From sequence record KJ019103.1: a stretch of DNA of 64,000 nt. One strand, 5' to 3'. The notes beneath the pieces are model-generated. The model made no database searches. It was not told where the DNA came from and saw only the letters and a program-made list of their open reading frames with translations. Of the stretch, positions 37,584 through 47,812 are shown in pieces. The translations under genes and the position numbers were made by a program. Within the stretch, counting starts at the first letter, position 1, and every line of letters starts with the position of its first letter.

Positions 37584-38378
37584 ATGACATTTTCATTTAA
37601 TCATATGGGCAACTTGGGGCATCTGGGAAACCAGATGTTTCAGTATGCCGCACTCATTGGTATGGGGGCTAAGCATGGGAGGAGTATTTGTATCCCCCAT
37701 AAACAAAGTTTTGGGCAATCATACTACCAGGATCTTCGTAGTAATATCTACGATGCTTTCAACCTCTCACCCAATGGTGTAGGTATCAGTAGGTTCCCCA
37801 CAGTTCAGGAAGGTAGTTTCCACTTTGATGAAAACTTATTTGAAAACCCACCAGAGGAGAACTGTAACCTCTATGGATTCTTCCAGAGTGAAAAGTGGTT
37901 CTCACATATCAAAGAAGGTATTAGGAAAGAGTTCACTCTAAAGGATGAGTACCGGGAAGTGGCACAACTGATGAGAGACCAACTCTCCGGTCAGGTTGTT
38001 GCTATTCATGTTCGTAGAACTGATTACCTATCCAATCCAAACCACGGAGCATTGGGGTTAGACTACTATGAGAAGGCGCTAGAGTTAGTTCCTAATAACC
38101 TCACAGTAGTTGTATTCACTGATGATCCAGAGTGGGCTAAAGAACAACCACTCTTCCCAGATGATAGGTTCTTTGTATCAGAGACAGACTGTCCCTATAC
38201 AGACCTTGCTCTTATGAGTATGTGTGATTATCATATTATCGCCAACAGTTCATACTCTTGGTGGGGTGCATACTTATCTGATAGTAAGAAAGTAATTGCT
38301 CCTAAACAGTGGTTTGGGGAACCACTTAAAACAAATAACCTGAAAGATCTTTATTGTGATGGGTGGGTGAAACTATGA
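37584..38378 (+). CDS. GT11 alpha-1,2-fucosyl/colitosyltransferase
   Basis: GHLGNQMFQY, GFFQSEKWF, HVRRTDY, NSSYSWWGA. Confidence 0.92.
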   Translation: MTFSFNHMGNLGHLGNQMFQYAALIGMGAKHGRSICIPHKQSFGQSYYQDLRSNIYDAFNLSPNGVGISRFPTVQEGSFHFDENLFENPPEENCNLYGFFQSEKWFSHIKEGIRKEFTLKDEYREVAQLMRDQLSGQVVAIHVRRTDYLSNPNHGALGLDYYEKALELVPNNLTVVVFTDDPEWAKEQPLFPDDRFFVSETDCPYTDLALMSMCDYHIIANSSYSWWGAYLSDSKKVIAPKQWFGEPLKTNNLKDLYCDGWVKL

Positions 38379-38998
38379 GTAACTTTGCAAGTGCTAAACA
38401 GTTTATCAAGAATGGTATTGATACACAACAGGAGTCTATCTCTGGTGGTGGCAGCACTATGGCTTCCACAGTTGCCTTCAGATACTTCCTACCAAAGTAT
38501 ATCAAACAGTATGGTATTGAGAGTATCTTAGACATTGGGTGTGGTGACTGGCATTGGATGTCTACTATCAGAGAAGAGTTTCCTGATGTAGACTATGAGG
38601 GATGGGATGCCTCTGAGGATATGATTAATCCCATGACTGAGAAGTATGGAACAGAGAATACCAGGTTTGAGGTAAAGGATATCATTGATAACAAGTATCC
38701 CAAAGTGGATTTGGTTATCGCTCGTGATGTTCTATTCCACCTCAAAGAAGATTACCTAAAGAAGGTTCTCAAGAATATCAGTAAGGCAGGTGTGAAGTAT
38801 CTACTAGCAACTACCTTCCCAGGTTTACCTAAGAACGAAGAACTCACTCCTAAGAAATATGACGGTTGGGGATTCAGACCAATCAATCTGGATATCGAGC
38901 CTTATAATATGAAAGATTATTGTATCAATGATTTCAAGGAAACCACAGCCCCCAACAGGGGGTATCATCGTCATGTGTATTTGTATGAGGTAAAATGA
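38375..38998 (+). CDS. class I SAM-dependent methyltransferase
   Basis: SGGGS, ILDIGCGD, DLVIARDVLFHL. Confidence 0.88.
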   Translation: MSNFASAKQFIKNGIDTQQESISGGGSTMASTVAFRYFLPKYIKQYGIESILDIGCGDWHWMSTIREEFPDVDYEGWDASEDMINPMTEKYGTENTRFEVKDIIDNKYPKVDLVIARDVLFHLKEDYLKKVLKNISKAGVKYLLATTFPGLPKNEELTPKKYDGWGFRPINLDIEPYNMKDYCINDFKETTAPNRGYHRHVYLYEVK

Positions 38999-39147
38999 AG
39001 ATCGAAATTGAACTCTCTAAAGATGTAGAATACAAAGGAGAGAAACTAGGTGAGTATATCTGGAACCTAGAAGAGGGAATTAATCATGTTACTGGTTTTG
39101 GTGATTCACTTGAGGAATGTTTTAAGGAAATTGTGAGGTTTAGATGA
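38995..39147 (+). CDS. small hypothetical protein (50 aa)
   Basis: Hand-translated; overlaps both neighbours. Confidence 0.55.
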   Translation: MKIEIELSKDVEYKGEKLGEYIWNLEEGINHVTGFGDSLEECFKEIVRFR

Positions 39148-39875
39148 AGAAAGTAGCTATTATCTTTATTGGAACAGGTAGATACCTAGAGTTTCTACCA
39201 AAGTATTATGAACAGGCAGAAGCAAACCTCTTCCCTGACAGACCCAAACACTACTATGTGTTTACTGATGGTGACTTAGGTAATGAACTACCTGACAATG
39301 TAACTGTATACGAACAGGAACATCTCCAATGGCCATACATCACCCTCTATCGTTTCGGTATTATCCAGAAACACCTAGAGGAGATTGAGAAGGAGTGTGG
39401 TTTCCTACTCTTTATGGATGCTGATACACAGGTAGTATCCCCTGTATCGTTCGATGAAGTATTCAGGAAGGGAAAACCCTATACAGGTGTTCATCACCCC
39501 TGCCACGCCCTGAATATGCCACCACACAATGAGTTTCCTGGTAGTCTAGAAACTAATACAGCATCCAAGGCAGCATGTAAACCTGGTGATGACTTCTCTG
39601 TATATTGGCAAGGTTGTGTATGGGGTGGAAACATAAAGGGTGCTCGTAAGATTATTGATACTCTCCACCACAGAACTAAACAAGATGAGGAGAATGGAAT
39701 CATTGCCAAGTGGCATGATGAAAGTCATATCAATAGATACTTCCTTGACAACAAAGATAAGGTGAATACCCTATCACCTAGTTTCGCATACCCAGAGTCC
39801 TTCACTGAGTATATGGAAGACTACGAACCTAAGATTGTACACCTAGCAAAAGAGAATTCTAAGTATCAGGTATGA
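39144..39875 (+). CDS. GT6 (ABO-type) glycosyltransferase
   Basis: IFIGTGRY, DAD, GCVWGG, WHDESHINRY. Confidence 0.92.
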   Translation: MKKVAIIFIGTGRYLEFLPKYYEQAEANLFPDRPKHYYVFTDGDLGNELPDNVTVYEQEHLQWPYITLYRFGIIQKHLEEIEKECGFLLFMDADTQVVSPVSFDEVFRKGKPYTGVHHPCHALNMPPHNEFPGSLETNTASKAACKPGDDFSVYWQGCVWGGNIKGARKIIDTLHHRTKQDEENGIIAKWHDESHINRYFLDNKDKVNTLSPSFAYPESFTEYMEDYEPKIVHLAKENSKYQV

Positions 39876-40495
39876 GTTACTTCACAGATTATGACAACGA
39901 ATTCACAGTATTCGAGGCACCAAAGAACGGGGGAACTACTCTCCGTCTTTGGATATACTACGCAGGAACAGGGGAGTTGGTGAAGTCAGCGGAGTCTGAA
40001 TACTACGCTGGCACTGGAGAAACATACAAACAACTCCAAGAGTGGGGTTATGTGAATGGGGAATACGAGAACCCCAAGACCCAGATGGTATGTATCAAGA
40101 GAGACCCTGTAGATAGGTTTGTAAGTGCCTTCTATGATAAGGTAATCAAAGAGGGGAGAATCAAAGTAACCATCGATGAGTTTCTCTCAAACTATGAAGA
40201 GATACTTGATAAGTCTACCCTCAAGATGAATGATGGTAAGACTAACTTCATGAAGTTTCACTTTGAGTCACAGACATATCACTTTGGTAAAGATAGAGAT
40301 CTATATCATAAGGTCTTTGATATCTCAGAGGTTGGTACTGGTCTGAAGAAGTATCTGGAGAGTAAGTGGAATATAGAACTACCTGATGTCCATGCTAGAA
40401 ATAGTGGTGGTGGTAGAAAGTTTGATCTCTCCAGGGGACAACTGAATAAGGTGAAGGAAATCTACACACAGGACTATTATAATGGCTGGTACTGA
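39872..40495 (+). CDS. sulfotransferase family 2
   Basis: PKNGGTTLR, RDPVDRFVSAF, HFESQ. Confidence 0.8.
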   Translation: MSYFTDYDNEFTVFEAPKNGGTTLRLWIYYAGTGELVKSAESEYYAGTGETYKQLQEWGYVNGEYENPKTQMVCIKRDPVDRFVSAFYDKVIKEGRIKVTIDEFLSNYEEILDKSTLKMNDGKTNFMKFHFESQTYHFGKDRDLYHKVFDISEVGTGLKKYLESKWNIELPDVHARNSGGGRKFDLSRGQLNKVKEIYTQDYYNGWY

Positions 40496-41267
40496 AGGAT
40501 ATATCCTGATAGGTATTGGTGATAGGTATCTACAGATGACAGAGAACCTCACTAAAACTCTAAAGAAACATGGAGATAATAGAGGATCCCTAACTATCAC
40601 AAGATCGGATAATAGGGAACTCTATAGTGAGTGCAACACTGAGTTTGAGAGGAATGGAACTCTACCTAAGATTACCTTAGATAGATACCTACCTTTTGAT
40701 CACAATATATTCCTAGATGCTGATATGTTATGTGTAGGTGATACACAACATGTATGGGATCTATTCAGGAGTAGTGATCAGTTTGTTCAACAGGTAGGAT
40801 GTTTGGGAAGAGATCCTAACTTCCACGCTCACCAGTATGAGAGTGAGTTGGGTTTTGAGATTCCTAGAGTCCATGGTGGTTGTATCTACATCAATAGAGA
40901 GAAACTAGACCCAGAGTTCTTTCCCTATATGAGAGAGTGTTTCCTAAACTATAAACAAATATTTCATAATAGTGGTCTAACCTATAAGAATAGTAGACCA
41001 GACCAACCACTATACGCTCTAGCAAATGGTATGTGGGGATTCAAACCTGTGGATCTATACACTAACCCTATCATGACTATTGTGAATGATAGTACCCCAC
41101 CCCCACTAGATAGTGTGTTCTTCAATAAGAAGAGGGGTCCTAAGTTAGATACTCCTGTTCCCTTTGTTCATGTATTCCGTGGAGAAGAGGGTATGTCTAA
41201 GGGTTATACTAGAGGTGACCAGAAGATGTTGTTGTCCCATTATGATTACTACCTGAACTATGAATAA
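40482..41267 (+). CDS. GT-A fold glycosyltransferase (GT8-like)
   Basis: IFLDADML, GGCIY, DQP. Confidence 0.7.
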   Translation: MAGTEGYILIGIGDRYLQMTENLTKTLKKHGDNRGSLTITRSDNRELYSECNTEFERNGTLPKITLDRYLPFDHNIFLDADMLCVGDTQHVWDLFRSSDQFVQQVGCLGRDPNFHAHQYESELGFEIPRVHGGCIYINREKLDPEFFPYMRECFLNYKQIFHNSGLTYKNSRPDQPLYALANGMWGFKPVDLYTNPIMTIVNDSTPPPLDSVFFNKKRGPKLDTPVPFVHVFRGEEGMSKGYTRGDQKMLLSHYDYYLNYE

Positions 41268-42048
41268 AACTATATGGATGTGTTGGTTCCAGGGTTGGGA
41301 TAAGGCACCAGAGATTACAGAGAAGTGTTTAGAGTCCTGGAAACACTACAATAGTGATTGGGATATTGTTCTACTAGATGAATCCAACTACAAGGATTAC
41401 ATCTCCATTGATAAAGAACTACCAGGACTGAAGACAAACTATATCTCACTGGGTGATATCCTTCGTCTCTTTCTACTAAAAGAGCATGGTGGAGTATGGG
41501 CAGATGCAACTATCTTCTGCAACAAACCAGTGGATTGGGTTTTGGATTATGAGGATTCTTTCATCTTCACCAGGAAGGATAAGATGATTGCCTCTTGGTT
41601 TGTTGCTGCTCAGAAAGATTCTCATGTTGTAGATGTATGGTATAATAAGATGTTAGAGTTCTGGAAGTATCGTATGGAAAATACAGATACTTTCGAGCAA
41701 CAATATGGTTGGATACACGCTTTGTTCCGTCAGTCCTACGCTCAGGATAAGGGGTTCAGGGATATTGTAGATAGTATGGATAAGATTGATTGCATGAGTG
41801 ATGGTCAATCTAGAGGTAAGGGTCCGCACTTCTTTGCACCCTACAGTAAATACTTCTACAACCCTATCAGTGACACGATAAAGAATCGTATAGACTCTAA
41901 AGTTGATCCACTATATAAGTTGTCTTACAAGGCAAACACAGACTGGAGAAGTCCAGAGAACAGGGGTATCCACCCAGCAGACCAAAAGATTATGTTGGAA
42001 TATCCAACTAATAGTGAACTACATTATCTACTCAACACATTAAAATGA
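41260..42048 (+). CDS. GT32/capsular polysaccharide synthesis-type glycosyltransferase
   Basis: KTIWMCWFQG, DILRLFLLKEHGGVWADAT. Confidence 0.88.
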   Translation: MNKTIWMCWFQGWDKAPEITEKCLESWKHYNSDWDIVLLDESNYKDYISIDKELPGLKTNYISLGDILRLFLLKEHGGVWADATIFCNKPVDWVLDYEDSFIFTRKDKMIASWFVAAQKDSHVVDVWYNKMLEFWKYRMENTDTFEQQYGWIHALFRQSYAQDKGFRDIVDSMDKIDCMSDGQSRGKGPHFFAPYSKYFYNPISDTIKNRIDSKVDPLYKLSYKANTDWRSPENRGIHPADQKIMLEYPTNSELHYLLNTLK

Positions 42049-42950
42049 CAAATAAATCATTGGTTACCGGTGGCGCGGGTTTCATCGGGTCACATATTGT
42101 GGACCGACTTATTACACTAGGACATCAAGTCGTAGTGATTGACAATGAATCCTCTGATGGTCATGATGAATACCATTGGAACAGAAGCGGACAAGTACAA
42201 AACCATAAGGCAGACATTCGTGACTACGATGCAATCAAACACTTGTTTGGTGGAGTCAATAATGTTTTTCACCTTGCCGCTAAAGCATCAGTACAGGCGT
42301 CAGTAGATAACCCCCTACCAACTATTGCCACACAGGTAATGGGAACCGCCAATGTATTGGAGGCAGCACGACAATCTGGTGTGAGTAAGTTTGTATATTC
42401 CTCTACTAGTGCTTGTTATGGTAACAACAACCCCATTCCTAATGTAGAAACGATGAGAGAAGATCCTCTCAACGCCTATGCTATTGGTAAGTTATCTGGG
42501 GAACAACTAGTTCGTGCCTATCACTACCTCTATGGTATGAAGACGGTGGCATTCCGTTATACCAATGTATATGGGGAGAGGGCAAGACATGTAGGACACT
42601 ATGCTCCTGCTGTTAGTAAGTTCCTAAAGATGAGAGCACAGGGAGAACCCCTAACTATCTTTGGTGATGGTGCCCAACGCCGGGACTTTATTCATGTATC
42701 TGATGTAGTCAACGCTAACTGCTGTATTACCTATGAGGAACTAGAGCAGTGGGGTGAGACCTATAACATTGGTTATGGTAAGAACTGGAGTATCCAAGAG
42801 ATCGCAGACTCTATCAGTCAGGAACAGATTCACCTATCTGCTCGTACTGGTGAGATGCGTGAGACGCTTGCTGATATTGGGAAGGCAAAGGCAGAGTTGA
42901 TGTGGAAACCAAAGACTGACATCATGGATTGGATTAGGGTACAACTCTGA
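42045..42950 (+). CDS. NAD-dependent nucleotide-sugar epimerase/dehydratase
   Basis: VTGGAGFIGSH, YAIGK, RDFIHVSD. Confidence 0.92.
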   Translation: MTNKSLVTGGAGFIGSHIVDRLITLGHQVVVIDNESSDGHDEYHWNRSGQVQNHKADIRDYDAIKHLFGGVNNVFHLAAKASVQASVDNPLPTIATQVMGTANVLEAARQSGVSKFVYSSTSACYGNNNPIPNVETMREDPLNAYAIGKLSGEQLVRAYHYLYGMKTVAFRYTNVYGERARHVGHYAPAVSKFLKMRAQGEPLTIFGDGAQRRDFIHVSDVVNANCCITYEELEQWGETYNIGYGKNWSIQEIADSISQEQIHLSARTGEMRETLADIGKAKAELMWKPKTDIMDWIRVQL

Positions 42951-43567
42951 TGCCAGTATTTCAGAAGGACAACAAGAAAGTTCTATTCATCCATGTTCCC
43001 AAGACTGCAGGAAGTTCTGTGAATAAACTCTTTGTGAATAATGGATATGAAATGTCCTACTATTCTGAGAGTTCTAAAGATCTATACAATGGATTATGTG
43101 GACCACAACATCTGGACTCACTTCTATTGGAAGATGAGTTCCAAGATTTCTCTCAGTTTGATTATATCTTCTCTATCTTCAGAGACCCAGTAGACAGACA
43201 TCTATCTGAGTTCACCTGGGCACCCTGGGGACTAATGGGTAGAAACATCTACACACCAGAAAGATTTGATGAGTGGTGTCCTAAGATATTCAGAGCGTAT
43301 CAGGACTCACCATATAGGATGGATAATCACATTAGACCTCAACATGAGTTCTATGTCAATGGATGTGATGTGTATGACTATGAAAATATCAATACACTCA
43401 CAGAGAAACTATGTGATAAAATAGGTCTAGATAATAAAGAGATGCCATATGAAAGGTCTTCACGATATGATAGTGAGGATTATGTCATCTATGAAGATAC
43501 TTACAATTGTATTACTGAATTTTACAAAGGAGACTATCAATGGCAAAAGGATTCAGTCCTGTTGTGA
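42950..43567 (+). CDS. sulfotransferase family 2
   Basis: FIHVPKTAGSS, RDPVDRHLSEF, HIRPQ. Confidence 0.85.
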   Translation: MPVFQKDNKKVLFIHVPKTAGSSVNKLFVNNGYEMSYYSESSKDLYNGLCGPQHLDSLLLEDEFQDFSQFDYIFSIFRDPVDRHLSEFTWAPWGLMGRNIYTPERFDEWCPKIFRAYQDSPYRMDNHIRPQHEFYVNGCDVYDYENINTLTEKLCDKIGLDNKEMPYERSSRYDSEDYVIYEDTYNCITEFYKGDYQWQKDSVLL

Positions 43568-44418
43568 CTAAGGATAAGAACAAGTCCCAGTTCAAACTAC
43601 AGGGTGTTCCTAGGATTTACTACATCAGTTTAGATGATCATGCTCATCGTCAAGACTATATGGAGTCCCAGTTTGAAGACTGGGGCATCACTAACTTCGA
43701 AAGAATCTCTGCTCATGATGGTAGAGGTGATAATGATCTGAGTGATATTCTCAAAGGATCTTATCCAAAGATGATGACTTCTGGTGAGGTTGGTTGTGTG
43801 ACCTCTCACCTAAAGGCACTCAAACACTGGTTAGATACTACAGAGGATGAAGAGTTTCTCCTTATGATGGAGGATGATTGTGATATCTCCACTGCTGCCC
43901 ACTGGGGTTTCTCCTGGAGGGAGTTTGTTGGGAATGTTCCATCCCATGTAGATTGTGTTCAGTTGGCAGTTATCAATCCAGCAGAACTACACATCAAAAT
44001 CCATATCAGGTTTGTGAATGATTTCTCCACTGCCTCATACCTAATCCGTAGATCACACGCGGAGAAGTTAGTTAGACTCTATTGTAGGGGTGATAAGTAT
44101 AAACTTGATAGTGATATCAAACCCAGAGCAGTTGCTGACGATCTTATCTACAACTCTGGTGTGACTCTTGCTATGCCACTGTTTGCATACAAGATCGCAC
44201 TAGGTTCCAGTATCCATGATGTCCATATCAATACCTTCCACAAGAGTAGTCATGATGGTATCTGGGAGTTTTGGAAGAAAACAGCACCAACTATTGATAA
44301 CTGGAAACCATTCTTCAACTATGATGCCTATCTGGGAACCCTACCACCCAATGTTGTGGTTCAACAATGGCAGCAAAAACAGGAATCCAAGGCAAAAGAT
44401 TCAGGGGCTTCGCAATAG
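43540..44418 (+). CDS. GT25 glycosyltransferase
   Basis: YYISL...R...SAHDG...GEVGCVTSH...MEDD. Confidence 0.85.
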   Translation: MAKGFSPVVTKDKNKSQFKLQGVPRIYYISLDDHAHRQDYMESQFEDWGITNFERISAHDGRGDNDLSDILKGSYPKMMTSGEVGCVTSHLKALKHWLDTTEDEEFLLMMEDDCDISTAAHWGFSWREFVGNVPSHVDCVQLAVINPAELHIKIHIRFVNDFSTASYLIRRSHAEKLVRLYCRGDKYKLDSDIKPRAVADDLIYNSGVTLAMPLFAYKIALGSSIHDVHINTFHKSSHDGIWEFWKKTAPTIDNWKPFFNYDAYLGTLPPNVVVQQWQQKQESKAKDSGASQ

Positions 44419-44462
44419 AACATATATATGTTATAATATTTACATTCACCCATGAGGTTATT

Positions 44463-44582
44463 ATGAAATTTGGTTTTACCCCCGAAGCAGAAATCCTAAA
44501 CGCTCGTTTGGCAATGTTGGGATTCGTTATCGCCGTAGGCACTTACTTGACCACAGGTCAGATTATTCCAGGAGTTCTTTGA
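44463..44582 (+). CDS. hli: high-light-inducible protein (39 aa)
   Basis: [19 protein letters not shown]. Confidence 0.93.
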   Translation: MKFGFTPEAEILNARLAMLGFVIAVGTYLTTGQIIPGVL

Positions 44583-44875
44583 TGGCGTTTTCTGTAACAC
44601 TTAGATCACCTACTGGTGAAGATAAAGTTGTAACAGTGGAGGGAGATCAATACATCCTAGATGCCGCAGAGGAAGCGGGTGTAGATCTCCCATATTCATG
44701 TAGAGCTGGTGCTTGTTCATCCTGTGCAGGTAAGATTGTATCTGGAAAGGTGAATCAAGAAGACCAGTCATTCTTAGATGATGATCAGATCGAAGCAGGT
44801 TTCGCACTCTTATGTGTATCTTATGCCGAATCTGATTGTGTGATTGAGACGGAAAAAGAGGAAACCCTTTACTGA
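44582..44875 (+). CDS. petF: plant-type 2Fe-2S ferredoxin
   Basis: [13 protein letters not shown]...LLC. Confidence 0.97.
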   Translation: MAFSVTLRSPTGEDKVVTVEGDQYILDAAEEAGVDLPYSCRAGACSSCAGKIVSGKVNQEDQSFLDDDQIEAGFALLCVSYAESDCVIETEKEETLY

Positions 44876-44880
44876 GACTG

Positions 44881-45030
44881 ATGTCTAATCCAAACGCTCT
44901 ATATGAAGATATGGAGAAACTGAATGCCCTCTACGAAGAACTTTGTTGGGGGCATAACGATGAACTACAATTTTCCCATGACGGGGAGAGCATTATTATT
45001 ACCAATAAAACCCAGGAGAAACAAAAATGA
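44881..45030 (+). CDS. small hypothetical protein (MSNPNALYEDMEKLNALYEELCW...)
   Basis: Hand-translated; coupled to hli. Confidence 0.65.
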   Translation: MSNPNALYEDMEKLNALYEELCWGHNDELQFSHDGESIIITNKTQEKQK

Positions 45031-45236
45031 CAGTAACAACTGAAGACGGCGGACGCACAAACATGTACGCCACTGAACCCACTATGTTTATTGATCCTTC
45101 TTACACTGAGAAGTATGGTTTAGAAACACACGCGGAACGAGCTGAAACAGCAAACGGGCGTTGGGCAATGATTGGATTTGTTTCTGGTATTGTATCCTAT
45201 GTTATTACTGGTAACTTCTTCTTTGGTGTTATCTAA
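45027..45236 (+). CDS. hli: high-light-inducible protein (69 aa)
   Basis: AETANGRWAMIGF; TGNFFFG. Confidence 0.92.
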   Translation: MTVTTEDGGRTNMYATEPTMFIDPSYTEKYGLETHAERAETANGRWAMIGFVSGIVSYVITGNFFFGVI

Positions 45237-45242
45237 TATTAG

Positions 45243-45270
45243 AAGGAGGGTTTGATACCCTCCTTTTTTT
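45243..45270 (+). terminator. intrinsic terminator
   Basis: AAGGAGGGT/ACCCTCCTT plus T-run. Confidence 0.85.
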
Positions 45271-45317
45271 GTGCTCCTATAAATACCTTTTAGGCACCCA
45301 CACACCTTCGTATCAAA

Positions 45318-47732
45318 ATGGCATTTAAGATTAATGGCGTAGTACGCATTGATAATAGTGGCAACGGTTTTCTGGGAATTGTAACCGCTACCGACGCTAA
45401 TATCACAGGAGTTCTCACTGCCACTGAGGTGGATGCGAAAGTATCATCTAAGGCAATAACTGAACAAACAGATGGAACCGTAGATGATGTAACTGGTGCA
45501 GATGAACTATTACTATTAGATGCTGAGACTGGTGGATTACTAAGAGTATCAATAGATGAGTTCGTGCAGGGTTCAGGCATTGGAACTCTAGTAACGGACT
45601 TTGATAACTTAACTGTTACTGGTATCACAACCGTTGCCACCCTCAAAGGTATTGGATCTAATAACATCAGTGTAGGGAGCACACTTTCCTTTGCTGATGG
45701 TACAGAGATCATCATGGGTGACTCTGGTGACTTCAGTATTCATCATGATGGTGACCATACTTACCTAGATGAGACGGGGCAGGGTAATCTAAAACTCCGT
45801 ACAAATAACTTTAGAGTAACAAATATAGCAGAAACAAAACCAGCTATTACAGCACAGGTTACTTCTGGTGTTGAGTTGTATTTTGATGGTAATAAGAAGA
45901 TAGAAACTACAAATACTGGTGTTCTTGTGAGTGGTATGCTCACTGCTGATAGATTAAGATCAGGTGATATTGCTGCTAGAAATGTAATCACACTGGGTAT
46001 TACCACTATCCAAGATCATTTGGAAGTGAATGATAGTACTGGTTCTGGTACCGAATACAATCTCAATGTTAAGACCAATGGTAGTTCTACCTTTGGTGTC
46101 TTAGGTAATGGAAATATTCTACTTGGAAACAGTTCCGGTGCTCCATTCATGGCGACGAATGATCACCACGCAACTTCCAAGAAGTATGTGGATGATGCTA
46201 TTGATGATTCCGTCAGCTACATCGGTGCTAGTGCTTGGGGTTCTTTTAATTCTGACGGGACGACTGAAGGTGCTTTCAACTGTAGTGCAACTAGAGGATC
46301 AGCAGGGGAATACGTGGTTACCTTTACCACTGCATTGTCTGATTCGGATTATGCAGTGAACGCCACTAGTAATGGCTCTAGTAATTATGACGTTTTTATT
46401 GATAATAAAGCAACGACAGGTTTTACAGTAAGCACTAGAAATGCGTTAAGTGCAAACGCCGGTGATCAGGCTTTTTGTGTATCCATCCACGGTGCTAATG
46501 CAATTGCACCGCCGTCAGGCGTAGGCGCTGACGCCTGGGGAACATTCTCTGGAACGACTGGCGACCTGCAAGCTGGGATGAATATCAGCTCAACTACACG
46601 TACTGCCCTAGGAGAATATGACGTAGAATTTATAACCGAGATGCCTTCGGACTCAGAATATGCCGTAACCGCAGTATCTAATGCAAGTCAAGCAAAGTTT
46701 ATTAATATACGCAATAAGTCTACAAGTGGTTTTAAGGTTGTAACTAGAGATGGTTCTGGAAATATTTCTGACGGAGCCGTATCCTTTGCCGTCCACGCAT
46801 CATCAACAGTCACGCCAACCTATACCTGGACACGCGACGGCACAACGCTTAAGCCTGCTAATGATGGTGATGATGTAGAGGTGAACGGTCGGGGCCTTTT
46901 CGAAAGCAGCCAGCCGGCTGACTATGTTGTGAGAGTAAAAAACACCGACACAGGTACTATCAATCCCGCATGTTTGCTGCTGGACATGCGAGATGTTGAC
47001 GCTTCTAATAATTATTCAGCCTTAAGGGTAGTAGGTTACAACACTACAACAGGTCTTGATATAAATTCAGACGGCGCTATCACGGCTCAGGGGCAGATAA
47101 CCGCAAACGTCAGTAACCAAGGCGGAGAGAATAGTGCAATCAAGGCAATTCAAACCAACTCCAACGGGTATGCGGTATGGGTTGGTGATGGACCTAACTC
47201 TACAGATAGAACCGCTTCTATAGGCCCTGATGGAAGAGCCACGTTTTCCTCCGGCAAAATTTCGCTGGGTCCGACCGGCTCGGGGACGTTTGCAGACAAT
47301 AACATCTTCCTGCAGTCGGACGGACAAGTCAGATGCACGAACGTAATTACATCTTCAGCTTTGGCAGGCTCAGGCACCAGACCATTATATGTCGACTCAT
47401 CTGGTGGTTTAACTATCAGCTCTTCTGATCGTAGTTTGAAGACGAACATCACTACTCTTCCTGATCAGATACAAGTAGTCAAAGCATTAAATCCCGTTTC
47501 GTTTAATTGGATAGAGAAAGAAAGACTAGGTGCAGGTCTTGAAATTGGATTTATTGCTCAAGAAGTAGAAGAAATCGTTCCTGAGGTTGTTCGTAGCACT
47601 GCCGGAATACTTTCAGTAGATTATGCAAAATTAACCGCAACTTTAACGTCTGCCCTACAGGCAGCACTCACCCGCATCGAAGCCCTCGAAGCGAAAGTCC
47701 AATCACTCGAAGAAGGTGTGACACCTGACTAA
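45318..47732 (+). CDS. tail fibre/spike with C-terminal S74 intramolecular chaperone
   Basis: Late promoter; G/T/S-rich beta body; SDRSLKTNI...GFIAQEVE...VDYAKL plus terminal coiled coil. Confidence 0.88.
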   Translation: MAFKINGVVRIDNSGNGFLGIVTATDANITGVLTATEVDAKVSSKAITEQTDGTVDDVTGADELLLLDAETGGLLRVSIDEFVQGSGIGTLVTDFDNLTVTGITTVATLKGIGSNNISVGSTLSFADGTEIIMGDSGDFSIHHDGDHTYLDETGQGNLKLRTNNFRVTNIAETKPAITAQVTSGVELYFDGNKKIETTNTGVLVSGMLTADRLRSGDIAARNVITLGITTIQDHLEVNDSTGSGTEYNLNVKTNGSSTFGVLGNGNILLGNSSGAPFMATNDHHATSKKYVDDAIDDSVSYIGASAWGSFNSDGTTEGAFNCSATRGSAGEYVVTFTTALSDSDYAVNATSNGSSNYDVFIDNKATTGFTVSTRNALSANAGDQAFCVSIHGANAIAPPSGVGADAWGTFSGTTGDLQAGMNISSTTRTALGEYDVEFITEMPSDSEYAVTAVSNASQAKFINIRNKSTSGFKVVTRDGSGNISDGAVSFAVHASSTVTPTYTWTRDGTTLKPANDGDDVEVNGRGLFESSQPADYVVRVKNTDTGTINPACLLLDMRDVDASNNYSALRVVGYNTTTGLDINSDGAITAQGQITANVSNQGGENSAIKAIQTNSNGYAVWVGDGPNSTDRTASIGPDGRATFSSGKISLGPTGSGTFADNNIFLQSDGQVRCTNVITSSALAGSGTRPLYVDSSGGLTISSSDRSLKTNITTLPDQIQVVKALNPVSFNWIEKERLGAGLEIGFIAQEVEEIVPEVVRSTAGILSVDYAKLTATLTSALQAALTRIEALEAKVQSLEEGVTPD

Positions 47733-47745
47733 CTGGCACAGGGGG

Positions 47746-47774
47746 TTGGCACCCTGGGGAATCTGTGTTATAAT
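47746..47774 (+). promoter_or_regulatory. psbA early promoter
   Basis: TTGGCA-N17-TATAAT. Confidence 0.75.
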
Positions 47775-47812
47775 AAACACATAAATAAGAAATGTAACGT
47801 TCTTATTACAAC

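Noticed and set aside
47793-47810. NtcA box upstream of psbA
   Set aside because: GTA-N10-TAC rather than N8; the TGTAA/TTACA inverted repeat is real but unassigned.
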